DNA of 61,064 bases from an uncultured Pseudobdellovibrionaceae bacterium (GCA_964636785.1 CAZWVK010000003.1:1-61064), one strand, 5' to 3'. Counted from the first letter of the stretch, positions 45,659 to 55,308 are shown. Numbers and translations: made by a program. Notes: generated by a model not told the origin, from the sequence alone.

Positions 45659-45796
45659 GGCATATCCCCTTCCCCTCGTAGTTTCAGACACCTCAAGTTG
45701 AACAAGGGGTTAGGAAAATTAAAAGGGGGTGGGTTTAAAACCAGACTGAGCGAAGGTCCGGAAAGTAAAGCTTTTAGAACTTTATGAGGCCCGAAA

Positions 45797-45840
45797 AAGG
45801 TTGAATTTGTGATCAGCACAAATTGTCTTCCCTCAACCTT
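45797..45840 (-). terminator. Compound hairpin, possible minus-strand terminator
   Basis: AAGGTTG/CAACCTT (7 bp) plus AATTTGTG/CACAAATT (8 bp), with a 9-nt bulge and a 5-nt loop. On the minus strand it is followed by TTTCGG, so the U-tract is short. Confidence 0.35.
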
Positions 45841-46154
45841 ACCCGATCATGCCGTGAAGGTGACCTTCATGAATGCAGCCGCGTTTTACTCTCTGGTTGT
45901 TTTCTCAGCGACCATTCACTTTCTTCCGCTCGTCTTACTTGTTGGTTGGTATTGGTTTTAAAATTCACTTCCGCTGCGGAAGCAGTTTGCGTCATGAGTG
46001 AGCTAGTGAAGTTCTCAGGAAAACCATTGAACTTAGAACTTAATAAGGACTCCAAGGACCCCTGTTGCCAAGGTGATTGAAGCCAGAATCACTCCACCGA
46101 ATTTGCTTTCCGATCAGAAAAATTCTTTCGCAAGTTGTAGCTTTGCTGTCCAAA

Positions 46155-46409
46155 TTATTTTGGTGACTTTGATTTATCTATCAGCTTTTGAACATCTGCG
46201 CGGTCGAGCAATTCACCGCTTGCAAAGCGATGAAGAACACTGCTCACAAGAGTCTGATAGGGAATGCCGAGGCGAAGTGCTTCGGTTTTAAACCAAGCTA
46301 GAACTGAACCATCGATTCGAAGGCTGGTCGGTGTTTTTGTGGCTGAGCGATCGACCTTTAACTTATTAGATCTCTTTTTAAGATTCTTTAGATCATATTC
46401 CTTCTTCAT
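46155..46409 (-). CDS. CopG/BrnA-type type II antitoxin (orphan)
   Basis: 84 aa. MKKEYDLKNLKKR...SLRIDGSVLAWFKTEALRLGIPYQTLVSSVL matches the ribbon-helix-helix antitoxin family usually paired with BrnT/DUF497. Confidence 0.75.
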   Translation of the reverse strand: MKKEYDLKNLKKRSNKLKVDRSATKTPTSLRIDGSVLAWFKTEALRLGIPYQTLVSSVLHRFASGELLDRADVQKLIDKSKSPK

Positions 46410-46563
46410 ACCGTCTTCTTTCTCTTAAGGTCGCCTTTCGTGAGATTTCAACTCCGAAATTGGAATTGAATTCATGCAAAGTAAAAGATCAGGCGAAAGC
46501 AAAATACCGTGATCCCAATGGTTTTAAGGGCCGAGTTACGGATAGATTAAAATTTAACGGCTG

Positions 46564-48012
46564 CTACGATCCAGCACCTGGAGCGAAATTCAGAGGCTTT
46601 CCGCCAGGACGTCTTTGTCCGCCGGAGCTGCTTCCAGGGCCTGGTGGAGGAGCGGTCGGCATTGGCGCGTCGGGGCCGCGAATGAGGTTTTCAAAGATAC
46701 CATACTCTGGAACCCAACGAAGTTTTACGACATCAGTTGGACCGTTTCTTTGTTTTGCAATAATGACTTCGGCTACTCCGCGAATCTCTGGGTTGTCGCG
46801 ATCATAGTAATCTTCACGATAAAGCATTCCGATCACATCAGCATCTTGCTCAATCGAGCCTGATTCACGAAGGTCAGAAAGCATTGGTCGTCGATCCGAT
46901 CGTCCTTCCACACCTCGGTTGAGCTGAGCAAGAGCAATCACAGGGATTTGGAGTTCCTTCGCAATCGATTTTAGAAGTTTTGAAATCTCGCTCACTTCGC
47001 GTTCGCGGCTTTCAACCCTTTGCTTCATTCCCATCAACTGAAGGTAATCCACCATGATCATATCCAGCCCGTGTTTAGCCTTCATACGGCGGGCTTTGGC
47101 GCGAATTTCAAAGGGACTGATACCTGCGGTATCATCGATAAAAAGGCCTGTCTCACTCAAGGCTGCGGCGGTATTAATAAGCCTTGGCCAAGCCTGGTCA
47201 TCAATGCGACCTGTTCTTAAATCACCCATACGAATTCGTGCGGCATTTGCCAGCATACGAACCATAACTGACTCTTTTCCCATTTCCACAGAGAAGTAAG
47301 CGATTTTCTTTTTTTCTTTTAGAGCCGCATGAAGAGCAATATTCAAACTAAAAGCCGTCTTTCCCATGGAAGGTCGGGCTGCGATAATAATCAGTTCGCC
47401 TGGTTGAAATCCAGATGTGAGTTCATCCAGCTCCGCAAATCCAGAGGGAATTCCGGTCACAGTTAACTGTTGTCCGTAGAGAGACTCCAATTTCTCAAGA
47501 CTGGCTTTGACAAGCGTACTTGGATCCGTCAGACCACCTTGAGCGGTCGATTCCGTCAGTTGAAACACTTTGGCTTCAACGGTATCCATGAAAGCTTCCA
47601 TGTTCTCGTAATCGCCATCAAAAGCTTTGGTGATGAAGTCCTGGCTTGTATGGATCACTCGACGAAGAAGCGATTTCTCATGAACAATTTTAGCGTAAGA
47701 AATAATATTCGCAGCAGAAGGTGTTTGATCGATTGTTTCGGCAAGGTAAGCGGCTCCACCTACAGTTTCCAAATCCCCTTTTTCCATCAGAAGATTCGAA
47801 ACCGTGACAAGATCCGCTGGCATATCCCGGCGATGAAGGTCTCGAATCGCGCTAAATATTTTTCGATGTGAAGGCTTGTAAAAATCCTCTTCCGTCAGAA
47901 GATCGGAAACTTCGTCCCAGGCCTCTTGCTCAATCAGCAATCCCCCCAGAACAGATTTTTCTGCGTCAATGTTCTGAGGCGGTAATTTGTGATCTGAAAA
48001 CTTTGACTCCAT
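46564..48012 (-). CDS. dnaB: Replicative DNA helicase DnaB
   Basis: 482 aa. Walker A ARPSMGKTAF is present. There is no intein. A Pro/Gly-rich C-terminal tail of about 35 aa is extra. Confidence 0.97.
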   Translation of the reverse strand: MESKFSDHKLPPQNIDAEKSVLGGLLIEQEAWDEVSDLLTEEDFYKPSHRKIFSAIRDLHRRDMPADLVTVSNLLMEKGDLETVGGAAYLAETIDQTPSAANIISYAKIVHEKSLLRRVIHTSQDFITKAFDGDYENMEAFMDTVEAKVFQLTESTAQGGLTDPSTLVKASLEKLESLYGQQLTVTGIPSGFAELDELTSGFQPGELIIIAARPSMGKTAFSLNIALHAALKEKKKIAYFSVEMGKESVMVRMLANAARIRMGDLRTGRIDDQAWPRLINTAAALSETGLFIDDTAGISPFEIRAKARRMKAKHGLDMIMVDYLQLMGMKQRVESREREVSEISKLLKSIAKELQIPVIALAQLNRGVEGRSDRRPMLSDLRESGSIEQDADVIGMLYREDYYDRDNPEIRGVAEVIIAKQRNGPTDVVKLRWVPEYGIFENLIRGPDAPMPTAPPPGPGSSSGGQRRPGGKPLNFAPGAGS

Positions 48013-48102
48013 GCTCTCCCCGAACCCTAAAAGCTTTGCGGGTCATCCTACTAAAGACGACTATAGATTATGGTCCCGCCGGTGTGAATCAAAGTTGTAA
48101 AA

Positions 48103-48414
48103 TTAGGACTGTAATTTTTGTCTCACGCGGATCTTATAGCTATCAATCTTTTTCTTCAAAGTGTTGCGATTGATACCAAGCATTCTAGCCGCACGAACCT
48201 GATTTCCGCGGTGGCTCTCGAGAGCTAACTCGATCAACGGTTTTTCAACCTGCTCTAAAACCAATTTGTGAAGGTCGTCGAGTTCAACTTGAGCATCGTC
48301 TTGTTGCTGAAAAAGAACTTCCAGTTTGCTGCGGACAAGTTTTTCAAGACTAATCGTTTGAAGGTTAGCAACTAAAAGATGATCGGAGTTTTGAAGCGTC
48401 GGTTCTGGCGTCAT
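48103..48414 (-). CDS. fis: Fis-family DNA-binding protein (HTH_8)
   Basis: 103 aa. The C-terminal sequence GNQVRAARMLGINRNTLKKKI is the Fis/NtrC-type HTH. Confidence 0.85.
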   Translation of the reverse strand: MTPEPTLQNSDHLLVANLQTISLEKLVRSKLEVLFQQQDDAQVELDDLHKLVLEQVEKPLIELALESHRGNQVRAARMLGINRNTLKKKIDSYKIRVRQKLQS

Positions 48415-48471
48415 AGAAATGCATTCCTCCTGGTAGCGGTTTTAGACACATCAATTTTCATATTGGGGATT

Positions 48472-49128
48472 TTATACCCCGCGGGTGTGGGAAGACCAAA
48501 TATACTTATGTAGCTGCAATTGCAACCGTGCAACGGACTTTTCAGAAAGAATTTTTTTTGCAAGCCATTTTTCATCAATTTTATTGAATGATGGACTGTA
48601 TAAAACAATTGATTTTTTTAAAACTTTATTTTTTTGACAAAAATCTTCAGCCCACTCGAAATCCCTTTCTGAACAGATCACAAACTTAAATTCTGTCTGT
48701 GGTCCAGCAAGCTCTAAGTTTTTCATACAGAACTTATCAGGAGCTCCACTATCTGGGGTTTTAATATCAATAATCTTTAAAACTCGCGAATCCACATTGG
48801 AACAATCCAAATCCCCACTTGTTTCAAGCGAAACGGTATAGCCCAAATCACAGAGAGTCGTCATTAGCGGATAAACATTCTTTTGTAGCAGCGGCTCTCC
48901 ACCAGTTACGCATACATGGGATGCCTTGTTTGATTTTACAGTTTCAACGATGGATCCAAGATCTTTCATTTCACCTTCGTGATAAGCATAGGTCGTATCG
49001 CAGTAAGTGCAGCGCAAATGGCAACCGGACGTTCTAATAAAAGTCGTTGGATAGCCGACTAAAGAAGATTCACCCTGTATGCTGTGAAATATTTCATTGA
49101 TTTTAAGAGAGAGTTTGGAAACTTCCAT
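48472..49128 (-). CDS. queE: 7-carboxy-7-deazaguanine synthase QueE (radical SAM)
   Basis: 218 aa. FHSIQGES and the cluster motif CHLRCTYCDT are present. Confidence 0.9.
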   Translation of the reverse strand: MEVSKLSLKINEIFHSIQGESSLVGYPTTFIRTSGCHLRCTYCDTTYAYHEGEMKDLGSIVETVKSNKASHVCVTGGEPLLQKNVYPLMTTLCDLGYTVSLETSGDLDCSNVDSRVLKIIDIKTPDSGAPDKFCMKNLELAGPQTEFKFVICSERDFEWAEDFCQKNKVLKKSIVLYSPSFNKIDEKWLAKKILSEKSVARLQLQLHKYIWSSHTRGV

Positions 49129-49207
49129 ACGTTCGTCGGTTTGTATCCGATCTTTGCTCTAAAATCCAGACTTTCAAAGACAACTCGACTCACCTAGAAT
49201 TTTTAGG

Positions 49208-51592
49208 ATGGCAAAAAATCTAGAGCGTTCAAAAGATGATATTTTCGGGTTGTTATTTGCAGGACTGGGACTTTTCTTTCTTGTTTCCCTTTGGAGTTAT
49301 TACCCTTCAGACCCGTCATTAAATTCCTTCGGATCTGGGATAAAGACCCAGAATCTTTGTGGATATTTGGGCGCTATCCTCTCGGATCTGCTCTTCCAGG
49401 GCTTTGGAGGTGGATCTTGGCTATTGGTGGGAGTTCTGTTCTATCAGGCGTACATTTTTTTCACACGTAAGAATGAGGGATTAGATAGAAGGCTTTGGCT
49501 TTTTGGAGTTGTGGGCATGGTTTTGCTTTCTTGCCTTCTCTCCCTTCATCTTTCTGATTGGAAACTTCATGGCGGAAGCACCCAATCGGGCGGCTTCCTT
49601 GGCGCTATGAGTGTTGGTCTACTTCTACCTGTTTTTAATAAGGTGGGTTTATCCATTGTACTTTGGCTTTCAATGATTGCGTTCCTGTCCTTATTCACTT
49701 CCCACCGAATGTTTGAGTGGGTGAATTATGTTCGCGAATGGATCTTATTTTGTGGTTCATATGCGGTTGAACTTTCTCAAAAAACTTTCGAGGTCCTCAA
49801 AAACTCGATTCCAAGTTTTCCAGAACCTGCAACAGAGCCACAAATTATTAAATCGAGTGTCGATCGTTCATCCGAGCCTTCGAAACGCTTTTTCACTCTT
49901 CAGTCTGAGAGTGATGAAGAAGAGGAGGAAAGTTTAGAAGAAGAGGAATCTTACTCCGACGAAGATGAGGAAGTCGAAGAGGTCAAAGAACCCATTGCGG
50001 TTAAACTCTCCGGTTATCTGAGTCGAAAAACTAAAGAAAAACCTGCTCCGAAAAAACGTCGACCTAAAATGGTGACAAGAGTTGAAAACTGGGAAATCCC
50101 CAAAATAAATCTTCTGGAAGATCCTCCACATTCCCGTACGAAATTGGATGAAAAAGAACTTAAAACGAAGTCACGCCTTCTCGTTGAAAAACTGGCGCAA
50201 TTTTCAGTGAAAGGTGAGGTCACAGGAATCAAGCCCGGACCGGCCGTGACGATGTTCGAATTCAAGCCCAATGCGGATGTTAAGATCTCAAAAATCACAG
50301 ATCTTGCAGATGACTTGTCTCTGGCGCTCAGTTCTGAATCTGTGCGGATCGTTGCTCCAATTCCCGGACGAGATGTCGTGGGGATTGAAACATCAAACAC
50401 TCACCGTGAAACGGTCTTCCTTAAAAGCATCATTCAGGATGACCTATTTTGGGATGAGGATGTGAAACTTCCAGTGGCGCTGGGGCGAAAAGCAGATGGT
50501 GAGCCTAAGATTGTTGACCTTCGAAAAATGCCCCATCTTTTAGTTGCAGGCTCAACTGGTTCTGGAAAGTCGGTTTTTGTCGTGTCTCTCATCACCGGAT
50601 TACTACTACGTCATTCGCCAAAAACTTTACGACTGGTGTTGGTTGATCCAAAGCAAGTGGACTTGGCGGCGTTTAGTGACCTTCCACATTTGGTTATGCC
50701 GCCAATTACAGACTCGAAAAAAGCAGTTGGCGCATTGAGATGGGGTATTCGCGAAATGGAGAAGCGATATCGATCCATGTCCAAATTCGGAGCAAGAGGA
50801 TTAGAGGCTTTTAACGAAACAGTTTCCAATCTTTCCAAAGATCAAATTGAAGAGCATGTTGCCTATCAGGAAGAATTGGAAGGTCCATATCATCCAAAAA
50901 GCTATTACTTCGAGCCACTCCCGTACGTTTGCATTGTCGTTGAGGAGTTTGGTGATCTCATGGCCGTTGATAAGGTGAATGTTGAACAAGCTGTTGTTCG
51001 GCTTGCACAGATGGCACGCGCCTGTGGAATTCATTTGGTTTTAGCGATGCAGAGCCCGCGAAAAGATGTTGTTACAGGTCTTATTAAAACAAATATTCCT
51101 GGCAGAGCCTCTTTTAAAGTCGCCAGCAAAATGGATTCAAGAATTATTCTTGATGAAAGCGGCGCTGAGCGTTTGCTGGCTCGAGGGGATATGCTTTTCC
51201 TTGCTCCTGGAGTTTCAAAGCCAGAGCGTCATCATGGTCCTTATCTTGCCGAAGATGAGATTGAAGCGATTGTTGATTTTTGGAAGTCACAGGGTGAGCC
51301 TGTTTACGATCCTGTGGCGATGAAGGCGGTTGAAGGCGGAATGGAGCCAGGAGCGTCTTCTGAAGGATCGATATTTGATAATTCGGATGAGATCAAAGAT
51401 GAGCGCTACGATGAAATTTTGGAGTACGTGGCGACCCAAAAGGAAGTCAGTGCATCTCTTATCCAGAGACGATTTCGTTTAGGATACCCACGTGCGGCTC
51501 GCATGATCGAGATTTTTGAGTCTGAAGGAGTGGTCGGTCCTGCAAATGGTTCAAAGCCAAGACAGGTATTGATTAAAGAGCTGCCGCGATAA
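49208..51592 (+). CDS. ftsK: DNA translocase FtsK
   Basis: 794 aa. N-terminal TM helices, an acidic linker, Walker A GSTGSGKSV and a C-terminal gamma winged helix. Confidence 0.95.
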   Translation: MAKNLERSKDDIFGLLFAGLGLFFLVSLWSYYPSDPSLNSFGSGIKTQNLCGYLGAILSDLLFQGFGGGSWLLVGVLFYQAYIFFTRKNEGLDRRLWLFGVVGMVLLSCLLSLHLSDWKLHGGSTQSGGFLGAMSVGLLLPVFNKVGLSIVLWLSMIAFLSLFTSHRMFEWVNYVREWILFCGSYAVELSQKTFEVLKNSIPSFPEPATEPQIIKSSVDRSSEPSKRFFTLQSESDEEEEESLEEEESYSDEDEEVEEVKEPIAVKLSGYLSRKTKEKPAPKKRRPKMVTRVENWEIPKINLLEDPPHSRTKLDEKELKTKSRLLVEKLAQFSVKGEVTGIKPGPAVTMFEFKPNADVKISKITDLADDLSLALSSESVRIVAPIPGRDVVGIETSNTHRETVFLKSIIQDDLFWDEDVKLPVALGRKADGEPKIVDLRKMPHLLVAGSTGSGKSVFVVSLITGLLLRHSPKTLRLVLVDPKQVDLAAFSDLPHLVMPPITDSKKAVGALRWGIREMEKRYRSMSKFGARGLEAFNETVSNLSKDQIEEHVAYQEELEGPYHPKSYYFEPLPYVCIVVEEFGDLMAVDKVNVEQAVVRLAQMARACGIHLVLAMQSPRKDVVTGLIKTNIPGRASFKVASKMDSRIILDESGAERLLARGDMLFLAPGVSKPERHHGPYLAEDEIEAIVDFWKSQGEPVYDPVAMKAVEGGMEPGASSEGSIFDNSDEIKDERYDEILEYVATQKEVSASLIQRRFRLGYPRAARMIEIFESEGVVGPANGSKPRQVLIKELPR

Positions 51593-51604
51593 TAAGATCG
51601 CTGG

Positions 51605-52390
51605 ATGATCTATATCTTATTATCCACGCTATGGCTTTTTCCGGGTTTTGCGCAAAACACAGTAGATCATGTGATTGAGCGCTCCACTCAAGAAATTATT
51701 CGTAAGGATAGAGAGCAGGCACTTAAAATTCTTACAAATAAATTGGAAGAGAAAAATCTACCTAAAGATCAAAAGGAAAAACTGGCGAAAGCGATAAAAG
51801 TTGCGGCAGAGATTTTCTTCACGGACCGGGGACAAAGTCTTTATGAAGCTGGCCGAAATCGCTATTTAATTTCACCACGTGAAGCCATTTCACGAATGGA
51901 AGAAGCAAAAGGTCTTGAAGGGGAAAACTCATTGATCCTTTGGACACTCGTAAAATCACGCCTCAAAGATCAACAGTGCGAACAGGCCAAGCAGGATTTT
52001 CATAAAATTCCAAAAATGATTCGAACTCAAAAATCAGAATTTGAACCACTCTATTTCTACTGCAAAAGTGAGCCACTCGCTTTCTGGACAGATGACAAGT
52101 TAGATGAATTTTATCAGCATTTTTTTAAAGGGGTTTTTCTCTACTGGAAAGGCGCCCAAAAAGAAGCTTCATTGGAGTTGGATAAGGCCAAAAAACTAAA
52201 GCCAGAGTTCACGGAAACCTACTATTGGCTCTGGAGAATCGATCCTACTGAAAAGGATTATGCATTAAAATACAAAAGAGATTGTGAATCGAGGCGGATT
52301 CAGCTCACAAAAAAATTTGAAGACTTTCCCCAACTATGCCAGTTTGTCGCTCAGGTTGCAGAGGTCGAAGTAAACAACGGAGTGGATTGA
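51605..52390 (+). CDS. Hypothetical secreted helical-repeat (TPR-like) protein
   Basis: 261 aa. Signal peptide ..FPGFA/QN. I recognise no family. Confidence 0.5.
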   Translation: MIYILLSTLWLFPGFAQNTVDHVIERSTQEIIRKDREQALKILTNKLEEKNLPKDQKEKLAKAIKVAAEIFFTDRGQSLYEAGRNRYLISPREAISRMEEAKGLEGENSLILWTLVKSRLKDQQCEQAKQDFHKIPKMIRTQKSEFEPLYFYCKSEPLAFWTDDKLDEFYQHFFKGVFLYWKGAQKEASLELDKAKKLKPEFTETYYWLWRIDPTEKDYALKYKRDCESRRIQLTKKFEDFPQLCQFVAQVAEVEVNNGVD

Positions 52391-52575
52391 TGAAATCAGT
52401 ATTAATGGCTTTTATTTTTATTCTAGCCGGATGTGGAGTCAAAGGTGACCCTCAGCCACCAATCAAACCGCCCGATCTCGGTCGTGGTCAGCCGACCTTC
52501 AAAGAAGCTGTAAAAGGAGTCGAGACAACCCCAGTTCAACCCGTTCAGGAGGAAGACGACGATGAACAAAAATAA
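52390..52575 (+). CDS. Small lipoprotein, LptM/YifL-like
   Basis: MKSVLMAFIFILAGCGVKGDPQPP carries the LAGCG-x-KG-P motif of the YifL/LptM family, followed by a Pro-rich tail. The ATG overlaps the upstream stop (ATGA). The ORF-track start at 52336 is unlikely. Confidence 0.6.
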   Translation: MKSVLMAFIFILAGCGVKGDPQPPIKPPDLGRGQPTFKEAVKGVETTPVQPVQEEDDDEQK

Positions 52576-53449
52576 AGCTTTCACAGGAACATTCACCGCA
52601 CTGGCGACCCCGTTTAAAAATAATGAGGTCGATATCGTCTCTTTGGAAAAGCTCATACAACAACAAAATGAGGCCGGTATAAATGGCTTCATCGTAAATG
52701 GGACTACTGGAGAAAGCCCCACTTTATCAACGACAGAAGTAAAAAAAATATTTGATTGCGTGAGAGCGAATACGAAGTCTTCGCAGTCGATCATTCTCGG
52801 CGTGGGAACAAATTCAACATCCTCCACTATTGAATGGGTTCAGCGTGCATCCGAATGGAAAGCGCATGGGGCATTGGCCGTGGTCCCATATTACAATAAG
52901 CCCCCACAAAGGGGTCTGGTGAATCATTTTCGCCAAGTCGCAGCTGCAAGCCAAATTCCTGTGATTTTATACAATGTTCCCGGACGAACCATTCAAGGTT
53001 TAAGTGTGGAGAGTATTGAAACGCTATCGAAACATGAAATGATTTTAGGAATCAAAGAATCAACGGGTGATTTAAAATTTCTGGCGGAGATTCTCGAAGT
53101 GGTTCCGAAAGATTTTTCACTTTTGTCCGGAGATGATGGCACAGCTGTTGAGTTCTGTCTCAATGGAGGGGATGGACTGATTGGTGTCATGACTCATGTG
53201 ATTCCAAAAAAATCCGTTCATTTGATCTCTCGTGCTCTCGAGGGAGATCGAAGTGCACTCGAGGAGTTCAATAAATTTATCCCACTCGTAGAAAGTCTTT
53301 ATACAGAAGCCAATCCAATCCCAGTAAAGATGGCTCTTCATTTGATTAAAATCTTTGAGACTGCGGATTTGCGCTCTCCCCTTGTGACACTTTCCCAAGA
53401 AAACACGGAAAGGATAAAAAAATGTCTACAAGACCTTCAGCAGATTTAG
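52562..53449 (+). CDS. dapA: 4-hydroxy-tetrahydrodipicolinate synthase
   Basis: 295 aa. GTTGESPTL and the YNVPGRT motif are present. Confidence 0.95.
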   Translation: MNKNKAFTGTFTALATPFKNNEVDIVSLEKLIQQQNEAGINGFIVNGTTGESPTLSTTEVKKIFDCVRANTKSSQSIILGVGTNSTSSTIEWVQRASEWKAHGALAVVPYYNKPPQRGLVNHFRQVAAASQIPVILYNVPGRTIQGLSVESIETLSKHEMILGIKESTGDLKFLAEILEVVPKDFSLLSGDDGTAVEFCLNGGDGLIGVMTHVIPKKSVHLISRALEGDRSALEEFNKFIPLVESLYTEANPIPVKMALHLIKIFETADLRSPLVTLSQENTERIKKCLQDLQQI

Positions 53450-54117
53450 AACTTATTGTTTACGGTGCCACGGGGCGGATGGGCCAGCAGGTGATCCGCC
53501 TGGCTGAGGAACAAAAAGTCTTTAATGCGGTTCATCCGGTAAAAAGATTCTCTGATTTTAAATCCAAAGGAGATGTGATCATCGATTTTTCTCTGCCAGA
53601 AGCGTTGGACGCGCTGGTTGAATACGCGACAAAGAACAAAATCCCCGTGGTCAGTGGAACGACGGGGTTAGGTGCAGAACAGATGGAGCGTTTGCGAGAA
53701 TTATCAAAGATCACCCCGGTTCTATGGGCGCCAAATATGAGCCTTGGTGTAACATTGATTTCAAAGTTCCTCGAAGGGCTTTCGATTCTTTCCGACTGGA
53801 AATTTGAAATTCAAGAAACTCACCATATTCATAAAAAAGACAAACCCAGCGGCACAGCACTTCGCTTGAAAGAATCCATTGAAAAGGCGATCGGAAAGGC
53901 GATTCCTGTTCCGGAATCGATCAGAGAGGGCGAAGTCATTGGGGACCACGTTGTGAAAATCACTGGACCATTTGAGGAAATAACCCTTGAACATCGGGCA
54001 ACGGATCGAAGAATTTTCGCCCAAGGCGCCATTCGTGCTGCAGTTTGGCTTACTGAGCAGCCTCCCGGATTTTATTCACTCCAGAACATGATTGATTTTA
54101 CTGCACAGGGCGGTTAG
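53422..54117 (+). CDS. dapB: 4-hydroxy-tetrahydrodipicolinate reductase (short form)
   Basis: 231 aa. GATGRMG and ETHHIHKKDKPSGTA are present. Confidence 0.9.
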   Translation: MSTRPSADLELIVYGATGRMGQQVIRLAEEQKVFNAVHPVKRFSDFKSKGDVIIDFSLPEALDALVEYATKNKIPVVSGTTGLGAEQMERLRELSKITPVLWAPNMSLGVTLISKFLEGLSILSDWKFEIQETHHIHKKDKPSGTALRLKESIEKAIGKAIPVPESIREGEVIGDHVVKITGPFEEITLEHRATDRRIFAQGAIRAAVWLTEQPPGFYSLQNMIDFTAQGG

Positions 54118-54191
54118 ATTTTCGCGAACTCGGAATGCAATAATGCTGCTTTGCGTTCGAGTTTCTTAACCGCGAACCGTTTGGAGATTCC

Positions 54192-54830
54192 ATGCAGTTT
54201 TATATCGATTCCGCAGATATTGAAGAAATCAGAAATGCAAATAAAAGAGGCTGGGTAGATGGTGTAACAACCAATCCAAGTTTAGTGGCTAAAACAGGGC
54301 GAAAACACGAAGACGTTATTAAGGATATTTGTAAAGAAGTGTCTGGTCTGGTTTCTGCTGAAGTTTTAAGCCTTGATGCGGAAGGAATGCTGAAAGAGGG
54401 CTATGAGTTAGCAAAGATCGCAGACAACGTCGTTGTGAAAATCCCAATGTCAGAAGAAGGCTTAATTGCAGCTCGCAAACTCGCGAGTGAAGGAATCAAA
54501 ACCAACGTGACTTTGGTTTTCTCTCCACTTCAGGCATTGCTTGTTGCTAAGGCAGGTGCAACCCTTGTTTCGCCATTTGTAGGCCGATTAGACGATATCT
54601 CGTCCAATGGAATGGATATGATTAGTCAGATTACTCACATTTTCGAGACTTACGCCTTGGATACTCAGGTGTTAGTCGCAAGTGTTCGCCATCCGATTCA
54701 TATTTTAGAGTCCGCGATGATGGGTGCAGATATTGTCACTTGCCCGTACAAAGTTATGCAGCAGATTGTGAAGCATCCACTTACCGACAAAGGTATTGAG
54801 CAGTTCTTAAAAGACGCTCAAAAGGCCTAA
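54192..54830 (+). CDS. tal: Short transaldolase / fructose-6-phosphate aldolase family protein
   Basis: 212 aa. VTTNPSL and the Schiff-base Lys context VVKIP are present. Confidence 0.93.
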   Translation: MQFYIDSADIEEIRNANKRGWVDGVTTNPSLVAKTGRKHEDVIKDICKEVSGLVSAEVLSLDAEGMLKEGYELAKIADNVVVKIPMSEEGLIAARKLASEGIKTNVTLVFSPLQALLVAKAGATLVSPFVGRLDDISSNGMDMISQITHIFETYALDTQVLVASVRHPIHILESAMMGADIVTCPYKVMQQIVKHPLTDKGIEQFLKDAQKA

Positions 54831-54838
54831 TTACTACA

Positions 54839-55294
54839 ATGCAATATAGATGGTTTGCCGCTTTCGCAGCGGCTTTCCTTTTCTCGGGCTGTTCACTCTT
54901 TTATAAGCCATTACGAATAGATAGGGCTCATCATCCATTTGGTCAGATTCGCCAAATTGCAATGAAATCACTTCCTGTTGGCCTTCGCTCATCAAGCCCA
55001 AACGGAAGAGAGCTTCATTCTCAGTACTTCTTGCCGGATAAAGGTGGATATAAAGCGGCAATCGAGGAGCCTGTTCGCCTCACCGCTAAGATTGTTATTC
55101 TGAATGAACGCAGGCCGTATGAGATTGAAATCTATGTTTTCCGGGAAGAGCGTGTGGTGTCTGGTGGTCGAGTCAGCTACAAGGTTCGCGGACAAGACTT
55201 TCGAATAGCCAACATGATCAAAGAAGATATTCAGACCCGACTCGCTCAACGTCGCGAAGATCTGAATATCATTGACGATTTTCGTGTGTTCTAA
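54839..55294 (+). CDS. Hypothetical lipoprotein
   Basis: 151 aa. Lipobox FSGC. I recognise no family. Confidence 0.5.
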   Translation: MQYRWFAAFAAAFLFSGCSLFYKPLRIDRAHHPFGQIRQIAMKSLPVGLRSSSPNGRELHSQYFLPDKGGYKAAIEEPVRLTAKIVILNERRPYEIEIYVFREERVVSGGRVSYKVRGQDFRIANMIKEDIQTRLAQRREDLNIIDDFRVF

Positions 55295-55308
55295 GTTAGA
55301 CTATTCAC

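Noticed and set aside
45745-45775. An SRP/4.5S RNA-like string, AGGTCCGGAAAGTAAAGC, preceded by GGGGGTGGG.
   Set aside because: The residues flanking GGAA cannot form the conserved helix-8 stem with its symmetric loop, and there is no complementary 3' arm.
46055-46075. A sigma-54-like TGGCA..N..TTGG string on the minus strand.
   Set aside because: The GG-to-GC spacing does not fit the -24/-12 consensus.
45823-46080. An 85-aa plus-strand ORF and a 62-aa minus-strand ORF (45867-46055) in the long gap.
   Set aside because: They are Cys/Ser/Leu-rich with implausible composition. Neither has an RBS, and I recognise no homology.
46033-46092. A 19-codon hydrophobic ORF (VILASITLATGVLGVLIKF) downstream of the antitoxin gene, considered as a possible type I toxin-like peptide.
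   Set aside because: It has only a GTG start with no properly spaced SD, and it is too short to evaluate. It is noted within the structured-region finding only.
51860-51885. TTTCACCACGTGAAG, a partial parS look-alike inside a CDS.
   Set aside because: Extra bases between the half-sites break the palindrome, and it does not align to the 16-bp parS.
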